Shown here one piece after another: positions 25,911 through 36,593 of a stretch of 64,000 nucleotides of DNA (position 1 is the first letter of the stretch; each line of letters opens with the position of its first letter). Source of the stretch: Candidatus Nanopelagicales bacterium (GTDB lineage Bacteria > Actinomycetota > Actinomycetes > S36-B12 > GCA-2699445); the NCBI GenBank assembly GCA_030700225.1, contig JAUYJT010000030.1, positions 453-64,452 of the forward strand. The letters are read 5' to 3'. The position numbers were made by a program, and so were the translations under genes. The notes beneath the pieces are model-generated. The model did not search any database. It was not told where the DNA came from and saw nothing but the letters and a program-made list of their open reading frames with translations.

Positions 25911-26588
25911 GTGGCACAGCGGAAGTTGGCTGGCGTCCGTTGGCGGCTTTTGCGCGCGCTCTCCAACCGAGCCATCTCACGCCCGCACGACACCAGGCTA
26001 GTCCGATTCGGCAGCGACTACGGCGGCTGGTGGATACCGGACACACTGCTGCACGAAGACTCCGTCGTGTACAGCGCAGGCGTCGGCGAGGACACGACTT
26101 TCGATGAAGCCATTGTCAAGCGATTCGGATGCGTCGTTCACGCCTTCGACCCAACCCCCCGGGCCGTGCAACACGCATCAACCATCACCGACCCTCGTTT
26201 CGTCATGCATCCAGTCGGTATCTGGAAATCCGATACGACCCTCAAGCTGTTCGCCCCTGCCAACCGTTCATTCGTGTCGCATTCATACGACGACCGGGAC
26301 GGGACCGGGGTTGCGATCGAAGCGCGTTGTCAGACTCTCAGCTCGATCATGGCCGAGTTAGGACACGACCACATTGACCTGCTCAAGATGGACATCGAGG
26401 GAGCGGAAGCACCTGTTATCGATGATCTGCTTGAGGATCGGCGCGTGCGCCCTCGCTGCATCGCGGTCGAGATGGAAGCGCGCGAGCCAGTCCTTGAGTC
26501 TCGTCGACGCATCTCCAGGCTGATCGGCGCGGGATACTCCCTGCTTCACGTCGAAGATCGTTGCTACGTGTTCTTGAAGACCGCCTGA
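25911..26588 (+). CDS. FkbM family methyltransferase
   Basis: GSDYGGWW, VYSAGVGED.TFD, FDPTP and IDLLKMDIEGAE. Start uncertain (25896 or 25911). Confidence 0.85.
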   Translation: MAQRKLAGVRWRLLRALSNRAISRPHDTRLVRFGSDYGGWWIPDTLLHEDSVVYSAGVGEDTTFDEAIVKRFGCVVHAFDPTPRAVQHASTITDPRFVMHPVGIWKSDTTLKLFAPANRSFVSHSYDDRDGTGVAIEARCQTLSSIMAELGHDHIDLLKMDIEGAEAPVIDDLLEDRRVRPRCIAVEMEAREPVLESRRRISRLIGAGYSLLHVEDRCYVFLKTA

Positions 26589-26660
26589 GTCCGGTCACCG
26601 TGCATCCACCGATGGCGCCTCTCCGCCGACGCGGGCAGACAAGCCGCTGGTCCCCCAGGC

Positions 26661-27599
26661 CTACGCGTACCTGCCCCTGAACCACTCGATCGTTGACGGC
26701 AGGCCCTGCTCCAAGTCGACTTCGGGCTTCCACGCCAGAACTGCCGCCGCCTGGGTAATGTCAGGCTGCCGCTGCCGAGGATCGTCCTCTGGCAGGGGCA
26801 AATACCGAACCGACTGATCAGGGTCGATGAGAGCGGTGACGCGTTCGGCCAGTTCGCGGACGGCGATCTCGTTCGGATTCCCAAGGTTGATCGGACCGAT
26901 GACGTCGTGTTCTGTGCTCATCATCCGGACCAGGCCGTCCACCAGATCGTCCACGTAGCAGAACGACCTCGTCTGAGAGCCGTCACCGTAGACGGTGAGC
27001 TGCTCCCCGCGCAGCGCCTGCATGATGAAGTTGCTCACGACCCGCCCGTCATTGGGCTGCATGCGCGGGCCGTAGGTGTTGAAGATCCGCACAACCTTGA
27101 TCGGCAGGTCGTGCTGGCGCCGGTAGTCGAAGAACAGAGTCTCGGCGCAGCGTTTGCCCTCGTCGTAGCAGGACCGCACTCCTATGGGATTGACATGACC
27201 CCAATAGTCCTCGCTCTGCGGATGCACGCTCGGGTCCCCGTAGACCTCCGAAGTGGAGCTGAGCAGGATCTTGGCCCCCGTGCGTTTGGCCAGCCCCAGC
27301 ATGTTGATCGATCCGTGGACTGATGTCTTCGTCGTCTGGACCGGATCGCGCTGGTAGTGGATCGGGGAAGCCGGGCACGCGAGGTGGTAGATCTCGTCCA
27401 CTTCGACGTAGAGGGGGAACGTCACGTCGTGGCGCAGGACCTCGAAGCGCGGATGAGTCAGCAGATGCTCGATGTTCTGTTTGGAAGTCGAGTAGTAGTT
27501 ATCCACGCAGAGCACTTCGTGACCGTCACCAAGGAGCCGCTCGCAAAGGTGGCTGCCGATGAATCCGGCACCCCCGGTGACCAGAACACGTCGTCTCAT
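26661..27599 (-). CDS. uxs: UDP-glucuronate decarboxylase (UDP-xylose synthase)
   Basis: [52 protein letters not shown]. Confidence 0.93.
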   Translation of the reverse strand: MRRRVLVTGGAGFIGSHLCERLLGDGHEVLCVDNYYSTSKQNIEHLLTHPRFEVLRHDVTFPLYVEVDEIYHLACPASPIHYQRDPVQTTKTSVHGSINMLGLAKRTGAKILLSSTSEVYGDPSVHPQSEDYWGHVNPIGVRSCYDEGKRCAETLFFDYRRQHDLPIKVVRIFNTYGPRMQPNDGRVVSNFIMQALRGEQLTVYGDGSQTRSFCYVDDLVDGLVRMMSTEHDVIGPINLGNPNEIAVRELAERVTALIDPDQSVRYLPLPEDDPRQRQPDITQAAAVLAWKPEVDLEQGLPSTIEWFRGRYA

Positions 27600-27673
27600 G
27601 TGACTCCTGTTTCGCTCGGTCGCCGCACGGCCAGGCAGAGCGATGGACCCCAACATACGCGCGGGAAGTGCCA

Positions 27674-28510
27674 CTACCGACGGCGAGTTCGGGATTGGCG
27701 AGGCGTCCTGGCAGCGGCGATGAGGAATCGAGGGTTGCCCCAGAGGTAGCGACGCCACAGCCGTCGGGGCTCCGTGCCAAGCCGGTACGCCCACTCCAGC
27801 CCCGAGGCGCGCATCCATTTGGGCGCCTGCGGTTTCGCCCCAGCTATGAAGTCGAACGCCGCCCCAGTAGCTATGGCTACGACCGGGAGGGACCTTGACA
27901 ACCGGGCCACTTCCCAATCCTGCTTCGGAGTGCCAAGCCCCACCCACACGATCTGTGCACCCGAATCGGCGATTCGCTTGTCCTGAGCGAACTGCTCCTC
28001 GTGGGACTGCGCTCGGAATGGTGGGCTTTCAACGCCGACAATGTCAGCGTTCGGGAACCTGAGTCTAATCACAGACGATAACCTGTCCACTGTCTCGCGA
28101 GTGCCGCCGAGCAGGTAGTGCCGCGGGCCGATAGTGGACGAGGCCGCGAGGACTGCCTCCATTACGTCAGACCCACGCACCTGCTGCCACTCGTCGGACG
28201 ACCGCCTATGCAATCTCCTGCCCGCCCAAACAACAGGAACTCCATCGGAGAAGACGGCTGAGTCCCTGCCACGCAGGACCCGAGCGTATTCATCATCAGC
28301 GTCCGCGAGAGCGACCGTGTAGGCGTTCGCGAAATGAACAGCGATCCCCCGGACCTGGGGGCGCCGCCCGCCCGCCGTCAGGCGGGTGGGGGAAGGCCCG
28401 GGTTCCTGACTCGCGTCCAGAACAGCTGACACGACCTGCGACATGGGTGCCACACGGAAGGGAACGCGACCTACTTCGGCGCACGGCAGCTCCAGAAGAG
28501 GATTGGTCAT
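27674..28510 (-). CDS. WecB/TagA/CpsF family glycosyltransferase
   Basis: [35 protein letters not shown]...[21 protein letters not shown]. Confidence 0.92.
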   Translation of the reverse strand: MTNPLLELPCAEVGRVPFRVAPMSQVVSAVLDASQEPGPSPTRLTAGGRRPQVRGIAVHFANAYTVALADADDEYARVLRGRDSAVFSDGVPVVWAGRRLHRRSSDEWQQVRGSDVMEAVLAASSTIGPRHYLLGGTRETVDRLSSVIRLRFPNADIVGVESPPFRAQSHEEQFAQDKRIADSGAQIVWVGLGTPKQDWEVARLSRSLPVVAIATGAAFDFIAGAKPQAPKWMRASGLEWAYRLGTEPRRLWRRYLWGNPRFLIAAARTPRQSRTRRR

Positions 28511-29454
28511 CGCCGCGCCTGGTTTTCGACGTACCACTGGTAGGTCGCCGCGATGCCCTCCCGGAGTCCGACCTTCGGCTCCCATCCAAGAGACCGCAGC
28601 CGCGAGACGTCCAGAAGCTTGCGACGCACGCCGTCGGGCTTGGATGAGTCCCACTTGATGGCTCCACTGAACCCGACGACCTCAGCCACGATCGCAGCCA
28701 ACTCCGCGACCGTCATGTCCGTCCCGGTCCCGACGTTGATTGTCTCGTCGGAGTCGTAGTGCCGGAGTAGATGCTCAACCGCCGAGGCGACATCGTCGGT
28801 GTGCAGGAATTCCCTCCTCGGGGAGCCGGTCCCCCAGAGCTCCACTTCAGAATCGCCCGCCGCCGCCGCGTCGTGCAACTTGCGAATCAAAGCGGGCAGC
28901 ACATGCGAGGTCTGCGGATCGAAGTTGTCCCCGGGACCGTAGAGGTTCGTCGGCATAGCGGAAATCCAATGCACGCCGAACTGATGCCGATACGACTTCA
29001 CGGCGATGATCCCGGAGATCTTCGCGATGGCGTAGGCATCGTTGGTGGGCTCGAGTGGACCGGTCAGCAGGGCCGACTCCGGAATCGGCTGCGGGGCCAG
29101 CTTGGGGTAGATGCAGGACGACCCGAGGAAGAGCAACCGGTCCACTCCGGCTGAGAACGCCGCTTCGAACAGGTTGGTCTGAATGCGCAGGTTGTCGTTC
29201 AGGAAGTCGACTGGTGACGACGAATTTGCAAGGATGCCGCCGACTTTCGCCGCCGCCACCACAACGACCTCCGGCCGCGCGGTCGTGACGGCGTCGAACG
29301 TGGCGTCGCGGTCTCGTAGATCGACCTCGGGCGACCGGAAGCCGATGAGGTTCGTGAATCCCTGGCCCTCAAGACGCCGCCAGACTGCCGAACCGACCAG
29401 GCCGCTGTGTCCTGCGATGTAGACGGGCAGGTCAGGCGGCAGGCGATAGGACAT
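28507..29454 (-). CDS. fcl: GDP-L-fucose synthase
   Basis: [44 protein letters not shown] and REFLH.DD. Confidence 0.95.
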   Translation of the reverse strand: MSYRLPPDLPVYIAGHSGLVGSAVWRRLEGQGFTNLIGFRSPEVDLRDRDATFDAVTTARPEVVVVAAAKVGGILANSSSPVDFLNDNLRIQTNLFEAAFSAGVDRLLFLGSSCIYPKLAPQPIPESALLTGPLEPTNDAYAIAKISGIIAVKSYRHQFGVHWISAMPTNLYGPGDNFDPQTSHVLPALIRKLHDAAAAGDSEVELWGTGSPRREFLHTDDVASAVEHLLRHYDSDETINVGTGTDMTVAELAAIVAEVVGFSGAIKWDSSKPDGVRRKLLDVSRLRSLGWEPKVGLREGIAATYQWYVENQARR

Positions 29455-29565
29455 GGGCTCCCTCGGTACATTCGCGCGGGCGGGACACCGTATCTTCGAT
29501 GCAGGCGATCACAACTATGCCCACCGCGTGGCAACATAGACTATCCCGGAGCGAGGTACCACACG

Positions 29566-30549
29566 ATGGGGACTTCAGGTCGGCGAGCCCTGATCACCGG
29601 CATCACTGGCCAGGACGGGTCGTACCTGGCGGAACTACTCTTGGAGAAGGGCTACGAGGTACACGGGCTCATCCGTCGCGCTTCAACGTTCAACACCGCG
29701 CGGATAGATCACCTGTACACCGACCCACACGACCCGGAATCCAGACTGTTCCTCCACTACGGCGATCTGACCGACGCATCGCGCCTTGTGACGCTGTTGC
29801 GGAAACTGGAGCCGAGCGAGGTGTACCACCTGGCTGCTCAGTCTCACGTCCGGGTGTCGTTCGACGAGCCAGAATTCACCGGTGACGTCACTGGGCTCGC
29901 CACTACGCGTCTGCTGGAGGCAATTCGCGCGGCCGACGTGCCTGTGCGGTTCTACCAGGCTTCCAGCTCGGAGATGTTCGGGGCTTCGCCGCCCCCTCAG
30001 TCGGAGGACACACCGTTCTATCCACGTTCTCCGTACGGGGCCGCGAAGGTGTACTCGTACTGGATGGCCCGCAACTACCGGGAAGCGTACGGCCTGTTCG
30101 CGGTGAACGGGATCCTGTTCAACCACGAGTCTCCCCGCCGGGGGGAGACGTTCGTGACGAGGAAGATCTCGATGGCGGCGGCTCGGATCGCCGCCGGGCT
30201 GCAGGACGAACTTTGGCTGGGGAATCTGCACGCGGCGCGTGACTGGGGCTACGCCAAGGAGTACGTCGAAGCCATGTGGCGAATGCTTCAGGTTGATGAT
30301 CCAGACGACTACGTGGTGGCGACGGGCACGAGCCACACCGTCAGGGACTTCGTGGAGTTTGCGTTCGAGCACGCCGGTCTCGACTGGGAGAAGCACGTCA
30401 GGTTCGACGACCGGTACCTGCGTCCCACGGAGGTCGACTACTTGGTGGGTGACGCTTCAAAGGCCGAGACAGTGCTGGGGTGGAAGCCGAAGACCATGGC
30501 GCCGGACTTAGCGAAGCTAATGGTGGACGCAGACCTGGCTGCCCTCTAG
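29566..30549 (+). CDS. gmd: GDP-mannose 4,6-dehydratase
   Basis: [53 protein letters not shown] and RDWG.A. Confidence 0.96.
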   Translation: MGTSGRRALITGITGQDGSYLAELLLEKGYEVHGLIRRASTFNTARIDHLYTDPHDPESRLFLHYGDLTDASRLVTLLRKLEPSEVYHLAAQSHVRVSFDEPEFTGDVTGLATTRLLEAIRAADVPVRFYQASSSEMFGASPPPQSEDTPFYPRSPYGAAKVYSYWMARNYREAYGLFAVNGILFNHESPRRGETFVTRKISMAAARIAAGLQDELWLGNLHAARDWGYAKEYVEAMWRMLQVDDPDDYVVATGTSHTVRDFVEFAFEHAGLDWEKHVRFDDRYLRPTEVDYLVGDASKAETVLGWKPKTMAPDLAKLMVDADLAAL

Positions 30550-30660
30550 CCGGCTTCCGCAGGCGGTCGTCGACACTCAGACGAGACATACTGCGGCTCC
30601 CCGCGACAACTGCTCGCATTCACGTCTACGCAGACCTTGTAGCCTACGCAGAGCACGGCC

Positions 30661-31902
30661 GTGCGATCATTGTCTGCACTTTCGGAGCACGCGACGCTGC
30701 GGCACCAGGTTCAGCCGCCAGCCGACTCGCTCGGTCCGTGGAAGGGCCTGCCCGCGCTGAGGCCGTCCGGCAAGGGCCTGCCCGCGCACGAGGATTGGAC
30801 CGAGCACTTGGGAACCGGGGCGCGACTACTGCTGCTGACTAACGACAGGGAGGAAGGGCTGGCGCTCGGGCCAGTCGAAGGCTTCGAGGCGCTAGCCGAC
30901 AGCGGCCAGCTCGGATCAGTTAGCGCCATCAGCCATGCGGCCGGAAACTCAAGAGCCGCCACCCATGCTCGCGTCATCGCCGCTTTGAAGGACCAGTGCC
31001 CAGATGTGATCCTTGTGTGGACGGGCACGATGTACCCCGCAACGGCTCAACAGGAAGAGGAGCTTGCGCCACTGCTCTCGTCAAGAAGAGTGCTCTTCTG
31101 GGAGGGCGATGCGTGGGGCGGGAGGAAGGTGCACACACAGGCGTCGAAGTGGTGGCTTCGGAGAACGGATTTGGCCTTCTCTGTCGCTGGCGAACCACAA
31201 CTGAGCATGCTCGCCTCAATGGGCGCACGGCAAGTGCAGCTCATTCCACACACCTACAGTCACATCCAGTTTGCGGCTGCCGAAGACGCACCGCCCCCGC
31301 CGCCTGACTTGTGTCGTCTCGACGCTGTGCTGATGGGTGGCAACTACGCCCGGATCCCAGGTATCACCGGACTGCCCGGTTCAGCTGCCCGCTACAGGCT
31401 GGCGGCGTGGATGCGCCTGGCTCTTGGAGACCGCTTCAGAGCCTACGGAGTAGGTTGGCCCCGGTGGCTGTCAAACGGAAGCATCCCCTACTCGAGACAG
31501 ATTGACTGCCTGCGAAGCGCGAGACTCTCCGTCAACTGGGACCATTACCCATCACATGAGGGGTATGCCAGCGACAGGCTTGCGATTTCTCTGCTGTCCG
31601 GCCGACCCCAAGTCACTACACTCCATCCCAAGATGGATTGGGCCCCGGATGAGTCTCTTGGGCTCTTCCAGGAACCGAGCGTACGAGCAGTTCGGAGACG
31701 AGCGCTCGGCCTCCTCGCCGACGACCCCGAAGCGCTGCACATGAAGGCACTCGATGGGTGGAAGTGGGTGAGGAACCGCATGAGCAACAAACAAGGTGCC
31801 CAGTTCATGATGTCCATGGCGGTCGACACGGTGCCAGCGCTGCCGTTCGAACCCTGGACCAGACTACCCAAGCCTCTAGTCGCAACCTCGTCAAAGGGCT
31901 AG
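30661..31902 (+). CDS. CgeB/YkvP-like (Glyco_trans_1_2) glycosyltransferase
   Basis: C-terminal SVNWDH....YASDRL..SL.SG pattern. Start uncertain. Confidence 0.6.
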   Translation: MRSLSALSEHATLRHQVQPPADSLGPWKGLPALRPSGKGLPAHEDWTEHLGTGARLLLLTNDREEGLALGPVEGFEALADSGQLGSVSAISHAAGNSRAATHARVIAALKDQCPDVILVWTGTMYPATAQQEEELAPLLSSRRVLFWEGDAWGGRKVHTQASKWWLRRTDLAFSVAGEPQLSMLASMGARQVQLIPHTYSHIQFAAAEDAPPPPPDLCRLDAVLMGGNYARIPGITGLPGSAARYRLAAWMRLALGDRFRAYGVGWPRWLSNGSIPYSRQIDCLRSARLSVNWDHYPSHEGYASDRLAISLLSGRPQVTTLHPKMDWAPDESLGLFQEPSVRAVRRRALGLLADDPEALHMKALDGWKWVRNRMSNKQGAQFMMSMAVDTVPALPFEPWTRLPKPLVATSSKG

Positions 31903-31908
31903 GCATAG

Positions 31909-33708
31909 ATGTGCGGAGTCTGCGGAGCGACAGGTCGTGACGACGCGGCACGGGCATACGTCGCCGACGCCGCCAGCCTGCTCCGCCACCGGGGCCCGGA
32001 CGGGGAGTCGTATTCAGCCGAGCCCTACGCGTTTCTCGGGCACACGCGACTTGCGATCATCGACATTGCTGGAGGAGCGCAGCCATTCGTTTCTCGAGAT
32101 GGCAGGTTTTCCGTCGTCTACAACGGCGAGATCTACAACCACAAGTCACTTCGCCGCACTCTCGATCTGGAATGCACGGCGTGTGACGGCGCGGTGCTGC
32201 CCGCCCTATGGGCAAGGTTCGGCACGAGCTCCCTCGATCTGCTGCGCGGTATGTTCGCGATCTGCGTCAGCGATCGTCAGGACGGGACCCTGACACTGGC
32301 AGTCGACCCACTGGGCTTGAAGCCGCTGTACTGGTGCCGTGCAGGCGATGGGTCGCTCCGGTTCGCATCCGAGATGCTCGCTGTGGCCCGCTCCCTGCCT
32401 TCCGTGACAATCGACCGGCCCGCGCTCAGCGCCTACCTCGACACGGGCAGGTTCCCCCTCGGGTCTTCGGGAGTGAGCGAGATCCGGCGCATGCTTCCAG
32501 GCGAATGGTTGCGGTTCTCGGCCGATGGCGCACTTGTTGGGCGCGGCCAGGCGCGAATCCCAATCACTCAGGGCCCTTCGACGTGGAAGGCAGTTGTCGA
32601 CGAGTTCATTCGCTCGGTCGAACTGCACCTTGAGGCAGACGTTCCCACCGGGCTCATGCTGTCCTCAGGTGTGGATTCGGCAGCGATCGCTTGGGCAGCC
32701 AGCCAGCTCGACATGCGCGTAGAAAGCTTCACCGTCGCGATGTCCGGCACGAACCCCGAGAGCGAGCTAGCTTGCCGGATAGCCCGGCGCTTCGGCCACG
32801 CGCACACCGTCCTTGCCGCCGATCCCGATCAAGCTCTTGTTGATGACTTCCTGCAATCGATCGACAGACCGACAACGGACGGACTCAACACGTTCCTGGT
32901 GTGCCGAGCCGCCGCGCGGGCCGGCCTGAAAGTGATCCTCGCGGGCACAGGGGGCGATGAACTGCTCCTCGGCTATCCTCACCACCTCCGAGCAACCAGG
33001 GTCGACTGGCCCCGCCGGCCGAGCAGTCACGTCTCTCGGGCCGCGGCGCGGACACTGGCCACACTGCCCCTTCCCCGCGGCCGGGCACGCGCCCGGCGCT
33101 ACGGGGAGTATGGTGCACCCCGCAGTTGCGAAGATGTGGTCCGGCTGGCTCGGGCCGCCATCCCCCCCTCGCTTCGCACCCGCCTGCTCCAGGCGCAGCC
33201 ACTGCCGGACCCAACGGGAACGCCAGTCCAAGCCCTGGTCGATGGGACTGCCGCATCTCGGGTGACTGCGGCCGAGTTTGACCAGTATCTGATGCCGATG
33301 CTGCTGGCTGATGCCGACACGTTCTCGATGGCGAACAGCGTCGAGGAGCGAACTCCCCTCGTCGACGCAGGCTTCGTTTCGGCAATCGCTGCGCTCCCGC
33401 AGCGCCAGGTCGGCAAGGGCGACTTCGTAGCTGAAACCGCTGATCCCGAGCTGATGGCGGCCCTGACCCGCCCGAAAGTCGGATTCGTCCTCCCAATGAA
33501 CCAATGGATGAGATCTGGACCGCTCGCCCCATCGGTGCAGGGGGCGTTTGGGGAGCGAAGCCAAGTGCGCGGACTCCTAGATCGGCGAGCACTGGAGGCC
33601 GTGCACCGACAGTGGCTCTCGGGGCGATCTGCATGGCAATCGCCCTGGGCGATTGTGGTGCTGGATCGGTGGCTCGAGAAGATTGCCGACGTGACGGCAT
33701 GGCAGTGA
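31909..33708 (+). CDS. asnB: asparagine synthase (glutamine-hydrolysing)-like amidotransferase
   Basis: N-terminal MCGVCG, HRGPD, HTRLAIID, NGEIYN, LSSGVDS and GTGGDEL..GY. Cluster context suggests sugar amidation. Confidence 0.88.
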   Translation: MCGVCGATGRDDAARAYVADAASLLRHRGPDGESYSAEPYAFLGHTRLAIIDIAGGAQPFVSRDGRFSVVYNGEIYNHKSLRRTLDLECTACDGAVLPALWARFGTSSLDLLRGMFAICVSDRQDGTLTLAVDPLGLKPLYWCRAGDGSLRFASEMLAVARSLPSVTIDRPALSAYLDTGRFPLGSSGVSEIRRMLPGEWLRFSADGALVGRGQARIPITQGPSTWKAVVDEFIRSVELHLEADVPTGLMLSSGVDSAAIAWAASQLDMRVESFTVAMSGTNPESELACRIARRFGHAHTVLAADPDQALVDDFLQSIDRPTTDGLNTFLVCRAAARAGLKVILAGTGGDELLLGYPHHLRATRVDWPRRPSSHVSRAAARTLATLPLPRGRARARRYGEYGAPRSCEDVVRLARAAIPPSLRTRLLQAQPLPDPTGTPVQALVDGTAASRVTAAEFDQYLMPMLLADADTFSMANSVEERTPLVDAGFVSAIAALPQRQVGKGDFVAETADPELMAALTRPKVGFVLPMNQWMRSGPLAPSVQGAFGERSQVRGLLDRRALEAVHRQWLSGRSAWQSPWAIVVLDRWLEKIADVTAWQ

Positions 33709-33725
33709 TTTGTTCTGATCGCTAG

Positions 33726-34733
33726 CTAGGCGCCAGGATTACCGGACTTGTCCACCTTCGTCCAATGCTCATTGGCGGGCAGTGGATGCCAGAAGTGATC
33801 GGGCATCAGAACCTTGCCCCTATTTACCATTCCGGCTAGGTAGGAGAAACCGCTTGGGCTTCCGAGCATGACCTGCGCGCCAGCGAGCGAATCGAACGCT
33901 TCGATCGGGTCGTCGCTGACGAGCCAACTGACCGGAAGGCCGAGCAGTTCCAGGCCCCGATCGATCTCGCCATCGAACTCCTGCCCGCTGACGACGACCT
34001 CGGTTATGGGGTGCTGAGTCGATCGCCGCTCCTCTACACACCTTCCGGCCACCCTAGTGAACCACTCGCCATCCATCCACGCTTGGTCGCCGGAAGCGGT
34101 TCCCAGAAGTCCCCTGATGTCACCGCGCCTCACATGTATCGCCAAACGCCCGTTGTCCACCGCCTGTCCTGACCGCGAGGGGCTCTGCCAGAAGGCATTA
34201 CGGAGGGCCTCCTCGGCCGGGCGCATGTCCCACCAATGCTGGTCATAGGCCAGGATGAAGACGGGGCGCTCGTCCCGATATCTAGTCACTATGGCGTCGA
34301 GCAGTCCGAGGCCTGCTGGGTCCTGGTCGCCGCCGATTGGTGGCAGTCGGACACGTCTGGCTCGATCTGGCGGATGCGGGCCATAGAGCGCTCTCAGGTT
34401 CAGGTAGTCGGCCCAGCGCGGGTCGATCGAGGCCGGGAGCAGGCTCAGCCCGTAGCGCTCCGCCAGGATGTAGCCAGCGATCCATGTCGACATCTGGTGG
34501 CCAGTCCCTGCATACCTGTGAGGTCTCGCGAGGAGCCATCCGCTGGGCGCTGACGAGAGGCAAGCTCGTGGCTCGGGAAGAAGAGGAGCACCTGACCGCG
34601 ACGCGCTCACTCGCCACGCGCTGGGCCACAGACGCCGGAATCGCGGATCGCTGTTGGCCACTATGTTCAGACGGTGCTCCGCGTGTGAACGAGCCCTCCC
34701 CCAGATCCCCGATGGAGTGTGCTTGTCCTGCAA
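33726..34733 (-). CDS. fucosyltransferase-like protein (GT11/GT23-like)
   Basis: AIHVRRGD GDP-fucose-binding motif, G.GHQ near the N-terminus and S.FS..A. gmd/fcl are nearby. Confidence 0.6.
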   Translation of the reverse strand: MQDKHTPSGIWGRARSHAEHRLNIVANSDPRFRRLWPSAWRVSASRSGAPLLPEPRACLSSAPSGWLLARPHRYAGTGHQMSTWIAGYILAERYGLSLLPASIDPRWADYLNLRALYGPHPPDRARRVRLPPIGGDQDPAGLGLLDAIVTRYRDERPVFILAYDQHWWDMRPAEEALRNAFWQSPSRSGQAVDNGRLAIHVRRGDIRGLLGTASGDQAWMDGEWFTRVAGRCVEERRSTQHPITEVVVSGQEFDGEIDRGLELLGLPVSWLVSDDPIEAFDSLAGAQVMLGSPSGFSYLAGMVNRGKVLMPDHFWHPLPANEHWTKVDKSGNPGA

Positions 34734-34967
34734 GTCTCCACCGCTCCTTTCTCAACCCAGCGCTCGGAACTGATCCTGTTCAGTAGATCGAAAGACAGTT
34801 CCGCTCCGGGCGGATCCTACCCGCAGGCGCTGCCTCCAATCCACGTGCCGACTGGATGCGGCCCAGCCCAACGCGAAGGGACCCCGCGAGATGACTCTGA
34901 CCCGAGCCGGAGGCGGGCGAGGGAGTTCGACTACCATGGGCGATCATCGGCCAACGGAAGAGACGCC

Positions 34968-35630
34968 ATGCAGCTTTCTGGCGGGACCTGGCTCAAGCGC
35001 ACAGCGAGGATGCCCACGCTCCAGCGAGCTAGGGAGGCGGCCCTGCTGCCGCGAGAACTCGCGAGAGATCGCCGCCGAGTCGCTGCTGGGAGTCCTGTGC
35101 CTCCGGATCGGGTCAAGCACAAGATGATCGAGGCTGCAGCGCGCAGCGCCGGTTCGCGCGTCATCGTCGAAACCGGTACGTACTACGGTGACACGGCTGC
35201 CTACTTCGCTGTTCGCAGATATGACGTGCACTCGATTGAGCTCTCACCGGAGTTGACGGAACTGGCGAGACAGCGGTTCAAGTATCGGAACAACGTACAG
35301 ATCCACATGGGCGACTCCGGAGAGATACTCGGGCAGGTGATCGCAGGTATCGACGTGCCGATCTGTTTCTGGCTCGACGGGCACTACAGCGGTGGCGTTA
35401 CCGCCGGAGATTCGATGAGGCCGCCGATCCTGAGGGAGATCGAAGCGATTGGTCGGCATCCCGTGCGTAGCCACGTGATCGTGATCGATGACATGAACGC
35501 ATTCGACGGCATCGACTACCCCGCAGTCGATGCTGTTGTCGACGCCGCACACCGCAACGGATTCAACGAGTCCAGTCTTGAATCGAATTTGCTCGTGCTT
35601 CGCAGTCTGCCGGTCGCGCAGCACCGGTAG
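34968..35630 (+). CDS. methyltransferase-like protein
   Basis: VIVETGTYYGD, SIELS, GDSG, FWLDGH.SGG and VIVIDD. Confidence 0.65.
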   Translation: MQLSGGTWLKRTARMPTLQRAREAALLPRELARDRRRVAAGSPVPPDRVKHKMIEAAARSAGSRVIVETGTYYGDTAAYFAVRRYDVHSIELSPELTELARQRFKYRNNVQIHMGDSGEILGQVIAGIDVPICFWLDGHYSGGVTAGDSMRPPILREIEAIGRHPVRSHVIVIDDMNAFDGIDYPAVDAVVDAAHRNGFNESSLESNLLVLRSLPVAQHR

Positions 35631-35658
35631 CGGAACTGGCGAACGGTTGGGAATCATC

Positions 35659-36531
35659 ATGAAGAAGTCTGTTGATCCGTTGACGATCACAGGATCGACA
35701 CAGGCCGACAACCAGGCATGGTGGGAACGCCACCCAATGACTTATGAGGATTGGGGGAGTTCCAACGAGTTTGATGAGAATGATCCTGCCTCGTACAAAC
35801 GCGTCGATGAGATCTTCTTCGAGCGCTCTCGGCACTTCGCGCATCCGGGACCTGGGCAATCCCCGTTTGGCGCTTTGATTGACCAGGAGGATGTCGAGGG
35901 GAAGAGAGTCCTGGAAATCGGTTGTGGAATGGGCAGCCACGCCGAGCTGCTTGCCCGGGGTGGGGCTCAGCTCACGGCGGTTGATCTGACTGAAACGGCT
36001 GTGCGGAGGACCAGCAAGCGACTCCGTCTCAGCGGGCTGGACGGGACGGTTCTTCAGGTCGACGCTTCCACCCTTCCCTTCCCCGATTGCAGCTTCGACG
36101 TCGTTTGGTCATGGGGTGTGATCCACCACTCGGTCGACCCGGCGGCGATTGTCACAGAGATCTACAGGGTTCTGGAACCTGGCGGAAGGGCGAAGCTCAT
36201 GGTGTACCACCGGCGCAGTCTTCGCTACTTCGTTCGAGGCGGACTTCAGGAGGGGATTCTCCGGCGGCGCCTCAGGCGCGAATCCCTGCATGACATCAAC
36301 ATGTCGTTTACTGATGGCGCAATCGCTCACCACTACACGAGGCGTGAGGCGCGCGACATGTTCGGGAAGTTCCGCGATGTCAGGACTGCGGTGTACGACG
36401 GCGAGGAAGCTGCCTACCTGCCTGGCGTCGGCAAGCGGCTGCGTCGGATCGCACCGCGGCAGATGATGCGCGTGGATGAATGGCTGCAAAAGCGCTGCGG
36501 ATGGTTCCTCTTCATAGACGCGACGAAGTGA
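35659..36531 (+). CDS. class I SAM-dependent methyltransferase
   Basis: VLEIGCGMG, LTAVD, LPF.D.SFDVVWSWGVIHH and VL.PGG. Confidence 0.88.
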   Translation: MKKSVDPLTITGSTQADNQAWWERHPMTYEDWGSSNEFDENDPASYKRVDEIFFERSRHFAHPGPGQSPFGALIDQEDVEGKRVLEIGCGMGSHAELLARGGAQLTAVDLTETAVRRTSKRLRLSGLDGTVLQVDASTLPFPDCSFDVVWSWGVIHHSVDPAAIVTEIYRVLEPGGRAKLMVYHRRSLRYFVRGGLQEGILRRRLRRESLHDINMSFTDGAIAHHYTRREARDMFGKFRDVRTAVYDGEEAAYLPGVGKRLRRIAPRQMMRVDEWLQKRCGWFLFIDATK

Positions 36532-36593
36532 CGTGGAGGACGAACACGCCGGGGCTGATTAGGTGGCCCCGAGCGCCTGTCTAGGGAGGTCTT

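Noticed and set aside
30742-30787. 16-bp direct repeat with 30-bp period in the CgeB-like gene
   Set aside because: Only two copies, in frame, and not CRISPR-like.
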